A DNA stretch of 64,000 nt from Setoptus koraiensis (Eukaryota > Animalia > Arthropoda). Position numbers and translations under genes: made by a program. Numbering within the stretch: position 1 is the stretch's first letter; every line of letters starts with the position of its first letter. The notes below the pieces were generated by a model. That model saw nothing but the letters and a program-made list of their open reading frames with translations, did no database searches and was not told the DNA's origin. Below are positions 1 through 15,635 of the stretch, piece by piece. The stretch lies in contig CM106586.1 of the NCBI GenBank assembly GCA_048013815.1, positions 19,220,001-19,284,000 of the forward strand. Reading direction: 5' to 3'.

Positions 1-537
1 TGTGGTTGTGCTTGTAGTTGTAATATACAGTTGCAGTCTATTTGACAGTGTTATAACATCCCCTATAGCCCTATAGCTGCAAATGTCCATAGCTCTATAG
101 TGCAATATGCCAATATACCAATCTTGCCAATATACGGCCATGTGTGTAAGTGTAAGTGTGTTTATGTGTCTAGTCTCACTGTTGCTTGGTTGCCCCAATA
201 TGATATTGTAATTTTACATATGTTGTTGTTGTTGTTTGTGTCACTAATGATATGTTTGCTACGTGCTTGTTGTCTAGTGTTGTTGTTGTGGTTGTGTAAT
301 GTAGTTGCACCGAGATCGAGCGTGCGATATGATCGCCTCTGTTGTCGCCACTACAGGTCAATTGCTAGTTGTGTCAGGCTGCCAACTCAATTGCGCTCGC
401 GTTGGCCTAATTAATAAATTACTATTTATATTCATTAAACTCAATCTGTTTTGTTTGTTGTTGTCGTCGTCGTTGTCGTCGTCGTCGTCGTCGTCGTTGT
501 TGTTGTTAGTGTCGCTGTTTGTTAGCGCGGTTGCGTG

Positions 538-2982
<2,445 letters not shown>

Positions 2983-3483
2983 TTATTTGAAATTATTTCA
3001 ATTACTCGATTATTGTTGTTGTTGTTGCTGCTGTTGGCTATTGTTGAGACACAAACAAACAAACACGCTATTATTGGCTCTTATTTTCTCTCTTGCTGTT
3101 GTTGTTGTTGTTGCAAGCTGTTACTTAATGACCACTGAAAACATGGCTACCTGAGTACATGGCCGATGTATCAAAAGTCAGTCACTTGTAATGGCAATTG
3201 TAATGGTAATTGTTGCTGCTGTTGATGCTCAACTCAACTACTGCTAATGTTGATTGTTGGTTAACAAAAATACAACTGTTGGCACTTCGATTCAGACATA
3301 CTTGTGCCAGCCAACAACAGCGCCAACAACAACAGCAGCGCCAGCAGCATCAGCAGCGCCAACCACCACGACAACAACAACAACAACGCCAACCACACAA
3401 ACAACAACAACACCGGGGGGGAAAGCACTCTAGTAATGCGCTTACAATCAACGAGCGCTCATTCTATTGCGCCGCAAATCCGA

Positions 3484-3542
3484 TGCGCATGCGCCACCTT
3501 GCGGTAACACAGCGCCACTGTCAAACTGTAGACAGTTTGACA
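3484..3542. promoter_or_regulatory. Candidate SoxN proximal promoter elements: NRF1/Ewg-type site and a 24-bp near-perfect palindrome
   Basis: TGCGCATGCGC at 3484-3494 and TGTCAAACTGT-AG-ACAGTTTGACA at 3519-3542, ~520-575 bp upstream of the SoxN ATG. Function is inferred. Confidence 0.4.
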
Positions 3543-3945
3543 TTTCTGCACACTCCCTCTGCGGCGCCTTCGGGTAGCCCAGCGACCCGGCCCGGCGGCC
3601 GGCGGTGCCCGCTCCAATACCCGAGGGCCAACCGAGCTACCCGAGGGCCAGCCGAGCCGCCCAAAGGCCAATTGGGCTATCCAGTGACCGATTGAGGGTG
3701 TCAGGTGAGATAAAAAGGTGGCCGGATCAAGGCACCGATCGGGCTAATCGTCGGCCCGGCCGGCCTAATCTCAGCGTGTCCACTGGGCGATCGGAGCCAG
3801 ATAAGCGGCGCAAGCGAGCGAGCCGGCACTGCATGCGGCTAGATGGGGCTCACAGGATTAATCCCGATCCGCCGTCGAGTGGGCGCCGCGTGACGCGGAT
3901 TTCGGCCGTCGGATTGCGTGCGGCGGGCCGAGCCAGTGCGGGCAC

Positions 3946-4018
3946 ACTGTGGCGCCCACTAGTTTGACTGTGGCGCCCACTAGTTGGACTGTGGCGCCCA
4001 CTAGTTAGACTGTGGGCC
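3946..4018. repeat. 21-bp tandem repeat x3.5
   Basis: ACTGTGGCGCCCACTAGTT(T/G/A)G at 3946, 3967 and 3988, plus a partial copy. Confidence 0.9.
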
Positions 4019-7000
4019 AAGTTGGGCAGAAACAAAGTGAGCTGGCAACGTCCAAGCGGCATCTCAGCAGCACAAGTCGGGCCAGTTACGACGGCTCGAG
4101 TGCGCCCGAGCGACCCGACCGTTGCGACCGGGAGCCTGGCTGGGTTTTTGCGCGCCGTTGCGACAAAAGCCGAGAAGCCGCAGGAGGGCCCGAGAGCTCG
4201 CTAGGCGCGCATCATAGATCATCCGGCCGGCAGCGGGCGTGCAACTGGCAGAGCCTGGCTGGCACCGTTTATCTTGGCCTCGCATTTGGGCGCCGTCTCC
4301 GGGTATCACCAGATATGTGGCGGCGGCGGCCGCGGCTGGATATTCGGGATATTCGGGCCAGTGGCACAAATGTGCGCCAGTGTAAAATGGCTCGATCGTA
4401 TCAGCTCAGTGATGATGGTGCCAGCGCCAACGGGCCGGCAACGCCACCGAGTAACGGTAAACAAGAGCGAATTTGTTTTGACTGTCGCAGCGCGGGACCC
4501 CCGACGTGTCAGGCGGCGGCGGCCCAGTGGCGACATTACACGTCGCGAGAATCAATTGCTGTGGGGCCCCGCTGCAAATGATCACTGTGTCGTGCATGGT
4601 GATTACATCACATGCACCATTGCCGGCCTGGTTAAAATAACCGCACACTGGCGGGCATAAATATAAATATAATATAAATTTATCTGCGCTTCTTGTTTGT
4701 GTGTGTCTGGCCAAGATTATTGTGTTGTTAGAGCGAGCGTCGGGCCCCAAGAAGATGCTCCAGGATAAGATGCTAATCAGGGCTGCCCGTCGGCGGGCGC
4801 CCATTCCGGCGCGGCGCGGTGCGGCGTTGCGGCAGCGCACAGCGACCCAGCTAACGAACGGCGCGCTGGCCGGCAGCGCGCACGCCAGAGATCTTGTGGC
4901 CTCTTTCTTTTTATCGCACTTTTATCAGTTTTATCACACACACACACACACACACAAATACTTGACTCGGCTCAACTCGGCACACATAATGGCATGGGCG
5001 GTGGCGTTATTTTTTATCGTGTAACGGCGCCCGTCGGGCCCCGGCAAGTCGGCGCTCGTTGTGGCGCGTCGCAACTTGCAGCGCGGCTGCCAAGATTGAG
5101 ATTAGATCTGCACAGTCGTCCTATATTGGGGCCCGCCGACAGTTTATTGGCTGCTGCTGCTGCCGGGCCAGACTGGGGCGCCGCCGACTATTAGTGTCGT
5201 CGTGTCGAGCGCTGGGCGAGCTCGTTTTGCTTGCATGAGTGGCTGTGCTGCAGTCGGGTCGCAGCGGACCGGACCGGCCCGGCCCTGCCCGACTGCAGCT
5301 CATGAATATCGCGCTGAATATTGTGTGATGTCACAAGCCAAAGATGATCGCTCACCGCCGCTGACGTTGTCGGTCACACTGGCGACTCGTCCCCCACAGC
5401 GGATTGGGGCCGCCAGCGCGCGCGCTTGTTGTGCACGAGCCAGCACGTGGCGCCACTGATCCACTTCCAGTGGCCCCAAGTCAGTGGCTGTCTGCTGCTG
5501 TTGTTGTTGTTGCTGCTGCCCGCTGCTGTTGTTGTTGCCGTCTACTGCCGTTGTTGTTGTTGTCGTCGTCGTTTTTGTTGTTTTTTACTCGTGTTTGCTT
5601 TATTCGCGAATCGCGACGACGACAGCAACAGCAGCGGCGGCGCCAGCACGAGCGCGCATATTGTTGTTACGTCATCACTCGTGGTTATTACGCACGCAGT
5701 GGTCGTACAGTTAATACAGTTAGTGCGCGCCAACATGAACGAGGCACAAGACGACGAGTTAATTATACTGACACTCGGCTCATTATTATATTCACTGTGC
5801 CAGCTTAAGCTGCGCAACCCGGCGTGCGGGGCCCGAGTTGGCCGAATCACTGGCCCGTTTACCCGTTGTGTCGTCTTTGTCCGCAGCGGTATCCGTTGCG
5901 CAGCGGTCGCCGTTGGGCCGGCTGGCAATCGTTGCAGCATTGCGCAATGCCGGCTGACTTACCTGGTATCGCAGCTAACTGCATTAGCTGGCGCCGCCAG
6001 GTAAACTGGCCAATTAAGCGTCGATGATCGCCAATTGGGCCAGTCTGAGCCAACCGGACGGCGATCGGGCGGCGATCGGACGGCGATCGGGGCCCCGCCT
6101 GCCGCACCCTATATCGGCCAGATGGGGCCGAGAGATAGACTGGCGCGCCGAGGCATATAGACGGCGCAACGAGACCATTTACGGGGCGCAAAGCGTTCAA
6201 ACCGCGCCCATCATATAGACCCGCGCAGACCATATAGACCTGCAGCGGGCCCCCGGGAGGCCGGCGTGCGTCTGACATTTGACTGGACAGCGCCAATTAG
6301 GTCGGGCCTAATCCGGCGCAACTTGCAGCCCGCGCGGCCGCTCGCGGACTCGCCAATAATTGCCATCGTGCCCATCCATCCAAACCGAACCCTGTCGCCG
6401 ATCGCCTCCCCCCTCGCAGGCCCAATTGGCCGGCCGCTCTTCTTCGACTTGCGCCAACGGTCGACTCGACGGCGACTGTCAGCGCCAGTCGCCCACGAAT
6501 CAGCGCCACTCGGTTCCGAATCAGCGCCAGTCGCCCCCACGGATTCCCGCTAACCAGGCCGGCCGGCAATTACGCTGGTTAGCGGGGCCGAATGCGCGCC
6601 TCGAATCGCAGTCCCGGGGAGGCCCGATCGGTATCTCCCATGATCTCCCGTGCGCGAGTGATGTGATCGATCAAAACAATGCCCGATGATTATGTGCTCT
6701 ATATACTGCGCTGAGACAACCAGTTGGCACGACACACACACACACACACACATATGTAACCATGTGTGAGCGACAGCGGCAATAATGACAGAATGGATAG
6801 TGTTGGGCACAATGAGAACTCGTTGACCCTAGCGCCACACATAATCATCGTCATGGGCCCGCTCCGAATCGTATGGCCGCCGACGGGCCGCCAATGGGCC
6901 GCCTGCGTTTGCCGGCGCGGTACGGGTAGCGCCGTCATATTTATCATGGTCGCAAGTTGCGCTGCACCAGACACGTCAGCGTGAGAATTGGCCCCATTTC

Positions 7001-8372
7001 AATTTTTATTTCGCCGGCGCTTCCTCTGTGGCCGGGCGCTGCGCGCCAGCGGGCCCCGCGCGGAGGTTCGTGGAAGCGCCGCCGCCGCTGCGCACACATT
7101 AGCCGGGCCAATAGTTGAGTGAGTGGAAAAATAAATCCATAAATCCATGCGAAGGGTCTATTAGTTGGCACGATGGCGGCAGCAGCGCCACGCCGAACAG
7201 TATTCAATGAATTCAAATTGGACGCCGGCGCGAGGAATTCCGAGCCATTCGGGCAATTGCGAGCGCGCGCGGAAAAACAAATGACGGCTTCGAAATGTCG
7301 CAATCGGCCAGCCAGTGGCGGTGACCACGAACCTCTCGTTGTCGCGTTGTTGCATTTTGGAATGGGGGGGGGCCGCCGTCGGTTGTGACGTCACATGCAC
7401 GCGGCTGCACAGTGCGGCGACGATGAACAAAAATGAATTATTGTTGTCATTATCGTAAACATGCTTCCCCTCCCTCAGTGGCCCCAGTCATGGCTGTTGT
7501 CGTCGTCGTCGTCGTCGCTGTTGTCGCTGCTTGACTGAATGACGGCCGGCCGGCGAGTCTCGACGGCGGCCAAACTCTCGGCGACGAGCGAAATCTCGGT
7601 CTTGTATCATGCAAGTTGTATGTCAGCATGCGACGAGATTGGCCCCATCATTAGCGTGCTGCAATGCAGCCGCGAATCCATTCCGACTCGTTGGCTTGCA
7701 GCGAGCGCCCCAATTGAACTGGATGCCAATTCAATGGAACAGACACACCAAAAAGACACCAAAAGCCGGATTCAATTGAACCGGCGCCGGGCCCCAACTG
7801 CGCCCCACTGGCGCAGCCGACCAAATGGCCGGTCTTGCGCTCGTCATCTACTCGTCGACTTGTGTCGTGTCGTGTCGTGTCGCGTCGTGCACGTCGTCGC
7901 CCGTCGCCCATCGCGAACAACCACCATAAGTATGTGCGGTCTGCTCCGTGTGCAGCACTCATTTATTACTGGCACCAGCGCCAGCGAGCCGGCCAAGTGA
8001 GTTTTGGGGCCGACCGGAAGTCGCGTCTGGAGCTCGCTGGCCGACTGGCTGTCTGGCTGGCTGTACAATTGTCAACCGCTGCTACAATAATAATAATATT
8101 GCATACTGTCGGCCAGTGGCACGGCCAGCCAACAACGACAACTCGACAACAACAACTCGACGACGGCAGCTCAACAGCGGCTCGACCCGCCGACCGGGTA
8201 CGGCCAGCCAGCCGTGCCCGACGCGATGCCCTATATGGTAATAACTGGAGTGGCCACTTGCCGCCGCCGACAGCGCCGCCATCACTTATCGCACCGGGTT
8301 GCGCAACCGTCCGCTGATACGAACTGTCCGATAATGTCAACTGTCCGAATATGCGGGGCCCACCCGCTCGGA

Positions 8373-8760
8373 TATTCACCGGTGAATAGCTGGCAGACCA
8401 ACAACTCACGAATGGAGCGCGATGGATGGAGGGCGAATGGAGAGCGATCGCCCCGACCAGCATGCTGATGTGTCGTTGACGTGATCTGGTAATCACAAAT
8501 TTATTTTATTGTGACGATTTGCACAGTTTGCTGTCAGAGCCAAACTGTGCTCAGATAGCCAAACTGTGCAAATCGCTGAAAAAGCCGCACACCGCCTCAC
8601 CTGGCCGCCAGGGCTTCGAAATCGGCGACAGCGTCGCGTATTCACGCGTGAATAATTCACGAATAATAATTGGTGAATCGTTTCATCTCGGCAGTGGTTG
8701 TGCCAAACGATGAAACGATTCACGGAACAACGAAACGGTAAACGAAATAACCGTGTGAAT
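8373..8760. promoter_or_regulatory. Cluster of ATTCAC...GTGAAT dyads, including two 16-bp perfect palindromes
   Basis: TATTCACCGGTGAATA at 8373-8388, TATTCACGCGTGAATA at 8639-8654, further inverted half-site pairs at 8655/8673 and 8718/8755. Confidence 0.5.
8515..8575. other. 61-nt inverted repeat / hairpin
   Basis: CGATTTGCACAGTTTG (8515-8530) is the exact reverse complement of 8560-8575; pairing continues inward with one bulge and one mismatch. Confidence 0.7.
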
Positions 8761-9323
8761 AGAGCCGCCTGCAGGTAACGGGCTTGCCAGGCGGCAGACG
8801 GCAGCAGCAGGTGGGCCAGAGTCGACGAGTCGAGTGTCGGTGTAAGTGGTCGTATCGACTGTCGGTGGCGTGATGCCATATCATCGACAGATAATTGCCC
8901 GATTGGTCGCTGGATAAATTCGTCGGGTCGTAGTGGGACAAATGGGAGTGGATGTTGGAGTCGGGTCGCGGCGAGCTCATTAGCAGGGCGCTGCGAGCGA
9001 AACAATTGACAATAGACAATGCGCTATTGTGGTTGCGGATGGATTTGCTCAATTGGACTTGTCGGCGTCAACTTGTCGGCGTCGCTCCGATAATCAGCGC
9101 CACTTATCGATGTGATTGTGTCGCTGCAGCAGCGCTTAAATTGGCTAAATTGCCAATTACGACTCGATTCGAGAGCGTTATCAGCGCTATTAGCGGCCAT
9201 TGATAATGCGGTCGCTAATAGCACTGGCTGATAACACTGGCTCTGCGGTCGTCGTGGGCACCCTCGGCAGCCAATTAGGGCTGCTGGCGACGCGGGCGGC
9301 CGCGCACAGAAACAAATTACCCG

Positions 9324-9368
9324 AACGGGATAAATGGGATAAACGGGATAAACGGGATAAATGGGATG
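9324..9368. repeat. 9-bp tandem repeat x5
   Basis: AA(C/T)GGGATA units. Confidence 0.85.
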
Positions 9369-12300
9369 AAGCGCGACGAAACGGCCCAAAGTGAAAGGGC
9401 CAGCGTGGGCCGGCCACAATGGGCGCGACTTGCGTGCGCCTAGTTAAAGTGTCAATGGCACAACCGCAACAATCGGACAAGTTGTTGATATAAATAAAAA
9501 AGCCAATTGAACTTGAACTTGACAAATTCGAGCCCCTTCAGTGGCTGTTGGGCTGATACGAGCAACTTTTCATTCATTCGCGTCTCGTTCTTTGTGCAAA
9601 CACAAGTATTAACTGGCATGCGAGCAGTCATATTGATCTTTTGTCGACAAACAAAAGTCTCACAACTGTTGTCAGACAACGCCAACAACAGCAGCAACAA
9701 CAACGACAACAACAGTTAGATAATGCAGATTTGAAAGTGATAGCACTTCTCGAGTAGCTACCATTGTATATGAATAAATACACAAGAAGTTGTTGTATTT
9801 GGAGTGATGCGATATGCGTTCCCATTGCACCAGTGTGTGTGTGTAGGCAAAGAGGAAAACATGTGGAAACATCGGTTACAATAGAAGTGCCCGACAACAA
9901 TAGAGCTCCAACACGCCATGCACTGCCTATTCAACAATTTGAATACAATACCCCGCGCCGGCCGGCCCACGACGCCCCACGGGCCGCGCCGGGTAGCCCG
10001 GTGGCGGCCCGTGTGGCCGGCCGGCCTTACGGACTCGTGCGCGCTGTGGCGACGCCGTGTGCGCCAGGCGCGCTCTCGAGCGACGCAATGCGCGGCCAGT
10101 TGTTGTTATTTTTGATTGGTGAATCGTTAATTAATTGATCAATTTGGGTCAATGTTAACAAAATTATCCATTCGAGCAATTCCATTGTTGTTGCCATTGT
10201 TGTCGCTGCAGTCGTCGCTGTTGTCGCCGGTGTTGCTGTTGTCGCTGTCGTTGTTGTTGTTGCTGTTGTTGTTGTTGTTGCTGTTGTTGTGGCTGTTGTT
10301 GTCGCTGTTGTTGTTGCTGCTGTTGTCGTCGGCGGCAGTGGCTGTTGTTGTTGTCGCCATTGTTGTGCCGTCTATTGGCAGTGCGTAGCTGTTGGTCGTG
10401 CCAGACTTGCCAGCGGCGGCGTGTGATATTGTTTTGATTTCAGTGCGCACAACAAGTGCAGCGGCTCTAACTCGATTTAAAGTCTCATTGTGTGTGACGC
10501 AATCATTAACGGTTTGTCTCTCGCTCGCTCGCTCGAGTTTGTTGTGGCGCCAATTGTTGTCGACGACACACACTCGCAAATAGATAAACAATCGGCCCGA
10601 TCGCAGCTGATAATGGCCGGGCAATAAATAGTCGAAAGGTGAAGCTAGGTCACACACACACACCGGTGAGTGTTGTTGTCGTTGTTGTCGTTGTCGTCAT
10701 TGTTGGCGTGATTGCGTACGGCGAAACGAGTCGCCCATTCAGCGGATCATTGATCCCCAAAGTGTCACCCCCATGCCTGTTTGTGTATCGGCTCGGCGCT
10801 GTTATTTATACGTTGTAACGGTTGCTGTTACAACACAATAAATCAGTGCAACAGTATTGCGCAACAATCAGCTGACACCGACTGGCATGTTTAGCATGCT
10901 GGAAGGTGCCCAATGTGACAGCTGACGGAATGCGGTGGGTATTGGCGCGGCCACGAGCAACTGCGGTCAGCGCACACGGCCGTCGTTGCCGGTCACAAAT
11001 ATCGAGCCGCCGACCAAGCGGGCCCGACCAGCGAGCAAGACCGGCCCGATCGAGCGAATTTGAACAGAGACCGGCAAGCAAGAGCGGACCCGACCAGAGA
11101 CGGGCAGGCAAGCAACGCCGCGGGAGCCTGGCCCGGCTCGAGTGCTCGTTGACCTGCGTGCGTGTCGCAAGACGCGCCGCGCAACGGGTCGCAAACGGCG
11201 CTAGCTCCCGTTCGGCTGCCGGCGGCCCTAATTCCACTCTAGCGGCCAATTGTGTTACAATAACGCGCACAAGTAGCGCTGCGACAACTACACTGACATA
11301 AATTATACATTGTAATAATATTGCGGCAAATATTCGCAAAAATCAGTGCCATTCTCTGGGGCGACATGCACTGAGTTTGGTGTTACAGTAAAGTGTTCGC
11401 AGTGGAGCACATTTTGCGTCGCAAGTAAATAAATATAAACATGCTGCAACAATTCCATAGAAGCATACCCTCGCACGGGCTCAATTGGCGTATCAATTGG
11501 CCCAACGCAAACTTTCGAATGCCCAGGCGAGCACGTGAATTTCCACGTGCGGCCTCGCTGTTGAACGTTCAACGCGGCCAGCCGGGCCGGCCGGGTCTCA
11601 CGCGTCGACGCTCGGTTCGAGCGTTACCTGGTCGGCGCTTGTGTCGGCCGCTCGAGCTGTTGCTCGCGTTGGGCCGGTTCGCAGCCGGTTCGCGGCCGTT
11701 CGGGGCCGCGTCGACTCGGGCAGCGGCTCACATGTGCCAGTCGGCAGTTGGTTGCGGCGTTTCGGGCGCCGCTGGCGAACACAAAATGTCTCAGGCCCGA
11801 TTGTGCGGCGCTCGTGCGAGCAGGCCGACGGGACAACGGCGCTGCCAGCAGTGCGACCGACAACCAGTTTGAGTTGTTGAGATATGAATATTTAATTTCT
11901 CGCTCTTCATCTCTGGCCTCTCCGCTGGCCGGTGCTCGGTGCCTTTGTGGGCCAGCGCGGACAGCGCACAGCAGAGACAACTGAGAGAGAGAGCGGCCAT
12001 AATAAACAATCATGACAACAACAATCGCCATAGGACCCGCTCGGTCAGCGTGAGCGGCGCGGCCAGTGTGAGCCAGCCCGACGGCCGCTCGCATTGAGTG
12101 CCGTCGTGATTAACAGCGGGCGACCCGCTGCGCTTGCTGCCCTATAAGCAGCGGGCCCGACCGGTGCCTATATGCCCGGCCGCGGTGTTGTGCCAGGTAC
12201 CTGGCGTACCTGGCGAGCGGTTGTGTGCACATGAGCGCCGTGCATACGCTGCCGACAGAACTTGACAGGGGCGAAAGAGAAGCGTTCGATGGCATGTCGT

Positions 12301-13130
12301 GTTTCTTGGGACGACGCGTTCGAATGTGCGTTCGAAGTTGAAACGCGCGATGCACCAAAATCACAGACACAGATCCAATGACAATCCGCGGCGCTGCATC
12401 GATTTATCGCTGGCTGCCAATCGATTCGCGAATTGTCGACCCACAGTCGCTGGCTGCCACTTTTAACCGGCCAGACCTGGCCGTGGCCAGCGGCCCGAAC
12501 TGGTGCCCACTGGCCCGAGCGGCACAAAGATCATTAAAAGCGGCCATGGGTGAGCGCCGCAAATGTCGCTCATGTCCAGAACACATCAGTTGATCATTAC
12601 CTGGTCAGTGGACACTTCAAGTCTGGTGGAAAAACACGCGCAAACACAAACACGCGGTGCGCGTGTTTGGCACCAATTGCGGCACTGCCAACTGGAGCTC
12701 CGAGCGGCTCCCGACAGCTCCCAACAGCGCCGTCAGTTTCAACGGGCTTGCAGCGACGCGCCGCGCCAGTTGCAACTTGCAACCTCGAAGCCAGCTCGAG
12801 CGCGCCAGCTCGAACGAGCCGGCCAGAGGTCGCGCGAGCAGCAATTTGCATAAAGAACGGGCAGATTAGAACCGGCTACTAACAAGCGCCTACTAACAGC
12901 GACAACACAACCAGCGCGTGTTCTATCGGGCCGCCACACTTGAAATGCTTCCACTGCAGACGCTCGGAGATGATTCTTTCGCCTGCTCGTTCCTCGTTCT
13001 TCTCTTCTCTTCGTTTCTCGCTCCTCGTTCTTCGTTTCTCGCTCCTCGTTCTTCCTTTTCGCTCCTCGTTCTTCGTTCCTCTTTCTTCGTTCTTCTCTCG
13101 CTTCTTCTCGCTTCCCGGCCTCTCGTTGCT

Positions 13131-13258
13131 CGGCCCGCTCGCTTCTCGGCCCGCTCGCTTCTCGGCCCGCTCGCTTCTCGGCCCGCTCGCTTCTCGGCCC
13201 GCTCGCTTCTCGGCCCGCTCGCTTCTCGGCCCGCTCGCTTCTCGGCCCGCTCGCTTCT
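13131..13258. repeat. 16-bp minisatellite, 8 perfect copies
   Basis: CGGCCCGCTCGCTTCT x8, preceded by a degenerate CTCCTCGTTCTT-type pyrimidine tract. Confidence 0.95.
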
Positions 13259-13516
13259 CGGCCTGTCGCCCCCTCGCTGGCCGCTTCACGGCCCGTGCGC
13301 CTTCTCCGGCTCCCCGATCGCTCGCCCGTTCGCCCGGCCGGCGCTCGGCCGGCGACGGTCGCCACTCAACGGGCCCCGGCGAGCGGAGATACTTTGAATT
13401 TTAATTTCAACAGTTGCCGCGCAACTGGCGACATTTCGACAGGGCAAACAAGACGAGACATGCGAACATTATCGGAAAATGTCGCCGCTCGCCGCTCGCA
13501 TTTCGCTACTGGCTCA

Positions 13517-13681
13517 CTCGTGAAGAACTCGTGAAGAACTCGTGACGAACTCGTGACGAACTCGCGGAGAACTCGCAAAGAACTCGCAAGGAACTCGCAA
13601 AGAACTCGCAAAGAACTGGCGAACAACTCGCGAATAACTCGCACACAACTCGCCAGCAACCCGCCAGCAACTCACGGCAAA
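13517..13681. repeat. 11-bp degenerate tandem array, ~15 copies with a sequence gradient
   Basis: CTCGTGAAGAA > CTCGTGACGAA > CTCGCAAAGAA > CTCGCACACAA > CTCGCCAGCAA. Confidence 0.85.
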
Positions 13682-14123
13682 CCCAACTTGTAAAAACCAA
13701 AACTGATTCGCCTCTGCACCTTTGGCCCCGTCGTGCTCGCCCGTCTTGTCGCGACAAGATGCAAACAACAACAACAACAACAGCTGACTGAATTGTTCTT
13801 GTTCCAATTGTCGGCGGCCCGACGACAACAACATTATGCAAATGAGTGGTGCGCACCATTGATATTGTGCGCCACGGCGTCGCCAAACAGAGTCAATATT
13901 TGCTCAGTGGCGGCTCTCAATTTTCAATTTTATTATTTTCCATTTTATCCGCCATTATCGCTGGCTGCTGCCGACTGACTGTGAGCTACTGTTCGGTCGG
14001 CCCATTCATTTATTCATTTACGCTGCCGCGCCAGTCAATTGGCGCTAGATTGGCCCGCTCCGCCCGCGCCGGACGCCGCTCGGCAGGTCCGACGCGCACT
14101 GACGGCCCGAGTGGCGCCCGCTT

Positions 14124-14191
14124 CCGCGTCTGACTGGTGTCCGCGTCTCATTGGTGTCCGCGTCTCATTGGTGTCCGCGTCTGACTGGCGG
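14124..14191. repeat. 17-bp tandem repeat x4 (A-B-B-A variant order)
   Basis: CCGCGTCT(GAC/CAT)TGGTGT units. Confidence 0.85.
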
Positions 14192-14756
14192 GACGGAGGC
14201 GCCCGCGCGGGCCCGCCGACCGGATCGTGGAGGGGCCCAATCAGCGAGGGGCACAACTAACAACTACCCAGTTGATGGTATCGCGGCCGGCGCTGCGACC
14301 CTCGACATTCATCAATTGGCAGCTCGCATTTTCTCACACCTTATCAATGATAAGTTATCGCGAGCACGATAATGATAATTGATCGTCGTCTTCATCAACT
14401 GTTGTTAATCACATCATAACGGTTTCTTGCGGGCGTCAATCGATCAACGCGCGCTACCAAGCGTCGATTTATCATCTCGCGCGCGCGCGGGCGGCAATCT
14501 GTGCAATCTCTCAATCATTCAATTGAACAGTTTGCCACTTTCGGCGCCCTCCAGCGTGCGTGCGATGCGCGCATTAGAGCGCACAGCGCGCGCAGAACAG
14601 AAACGGCGAGGACAAACAAAAAGATGCGCAAAGTAACAATAACAATAATCGGGTGATAATAACAACAACAATAAATTGTTATCAATAGAAATCGCTCAAG
14701 TGTCTGATACAGCGGACAAGTTCGGATGCGGCGGCCGCAGCAGCGCCAACGTCGCG

Positions 14757-14890
14757 GCCACAACAGCAACAACAGCGGCCACAACAGCAACAACAGCAAC
14801 AACAACAGCAGCAACAACAGCGGCAACAACAGCAGCAGCAACAACAGCGGCAACAACAGCAGCAGCAACAACAGCAACAACAACAACAGC
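14757..14890. repeat. AAC/AGC triplet low-complexity tract
   Basis: ACAACAGCA(GCA/GCG) repeats. Confidence 0.85.
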
Positions 14891-14974
14891 AAGTGATTCA
14901 CAAAAACGCACGAATCGAGCCGCGAGAGCGAAGCGTCGCCCAAGAATGTTAATCTATCCGTTCTCGGCGATTCT

Positions 14975-15019
14975 TTTCGCCCGTTTCGCCCGTTTCGCCC
15001 GTTTCGCCCGTTTCGCCCG
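14975..15019. repeat. 9-bp tandem repeat x5
   Basis: TTTCGCCCG x5, then degenerate copies. Confidence 0.9.
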
Positions 15020-15503
15020 TTTCGTCTCGTTTCGTGCCGTTTTGTTGTGCTGGCTGAGCGCGCCGTCGGAGCCCAGAGTCGCTGTTGCTGCTGTTTTGTC
15101 TCGCACCAACCACTGACAAGCGCCACCGACAGGTAACTGGTGCACAGGTAAACGCGATTCGCCGGTTGCAATCGTCGTGCCCTCTCGCGGACTCAACTGG
15201 CGACACCTTGTCACAAGATTCTTGTGTCATCGGCGTCCAACGGCCGATTGAAACGAGGCCACAACTGCGCTACAATGTCCGGCTGATTGTTCGCGGACGC
15301 CTTCTCGGACACGTAACAGCCCCCGGTCGCCGCTCGACACGCTGACACGAACCCTTCGGGGTCGAAATTGTTCTCCTGGGACCCCGAAAGTTGCTCTCGG
15401 GGACAAAGTGAACCAAATCTACCCAGATACAACGCCAATCCGCCAATCTCGTAGACGGGATGCATGTCTTTCGAGCCCTGATTGCCCAAATTCGACCTCT
15501 TCC

Positions 15504-15635
15504 GTGATCAAAACAGAGAAACTCTGCGATCAGAACAGGGCAAATCTGCGATCAGAACAGGGCAAATCTGCGATCAGAACAGGGGAAACCTGAGAGCAAA
15601 ACAGGGGAAACCTGACAGCAAAACAGGGGAAACGG
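15504..15635. repeat. 22-bp tandem array x6 with a sequence gradient
   Basis: GCGATCAGAACAGGGCAAATCT grading to GACAGCAAAACAGGGGAAACGG. Confidence 0.85.

Noticed and set aside
5957-5965. Minus-strand CAG|GTAAGT donor as an upstream SoxN UTR exon
   Set aside because: A single 9-mer, and the only nearby acceptor has a poor pyrimidine tract.
13131-15635. Tandem arrays as CRISPR repeats
   Set aside because: Units are contiguous with no unique spacers, there are no cas genes, and the context is eukaryotic.
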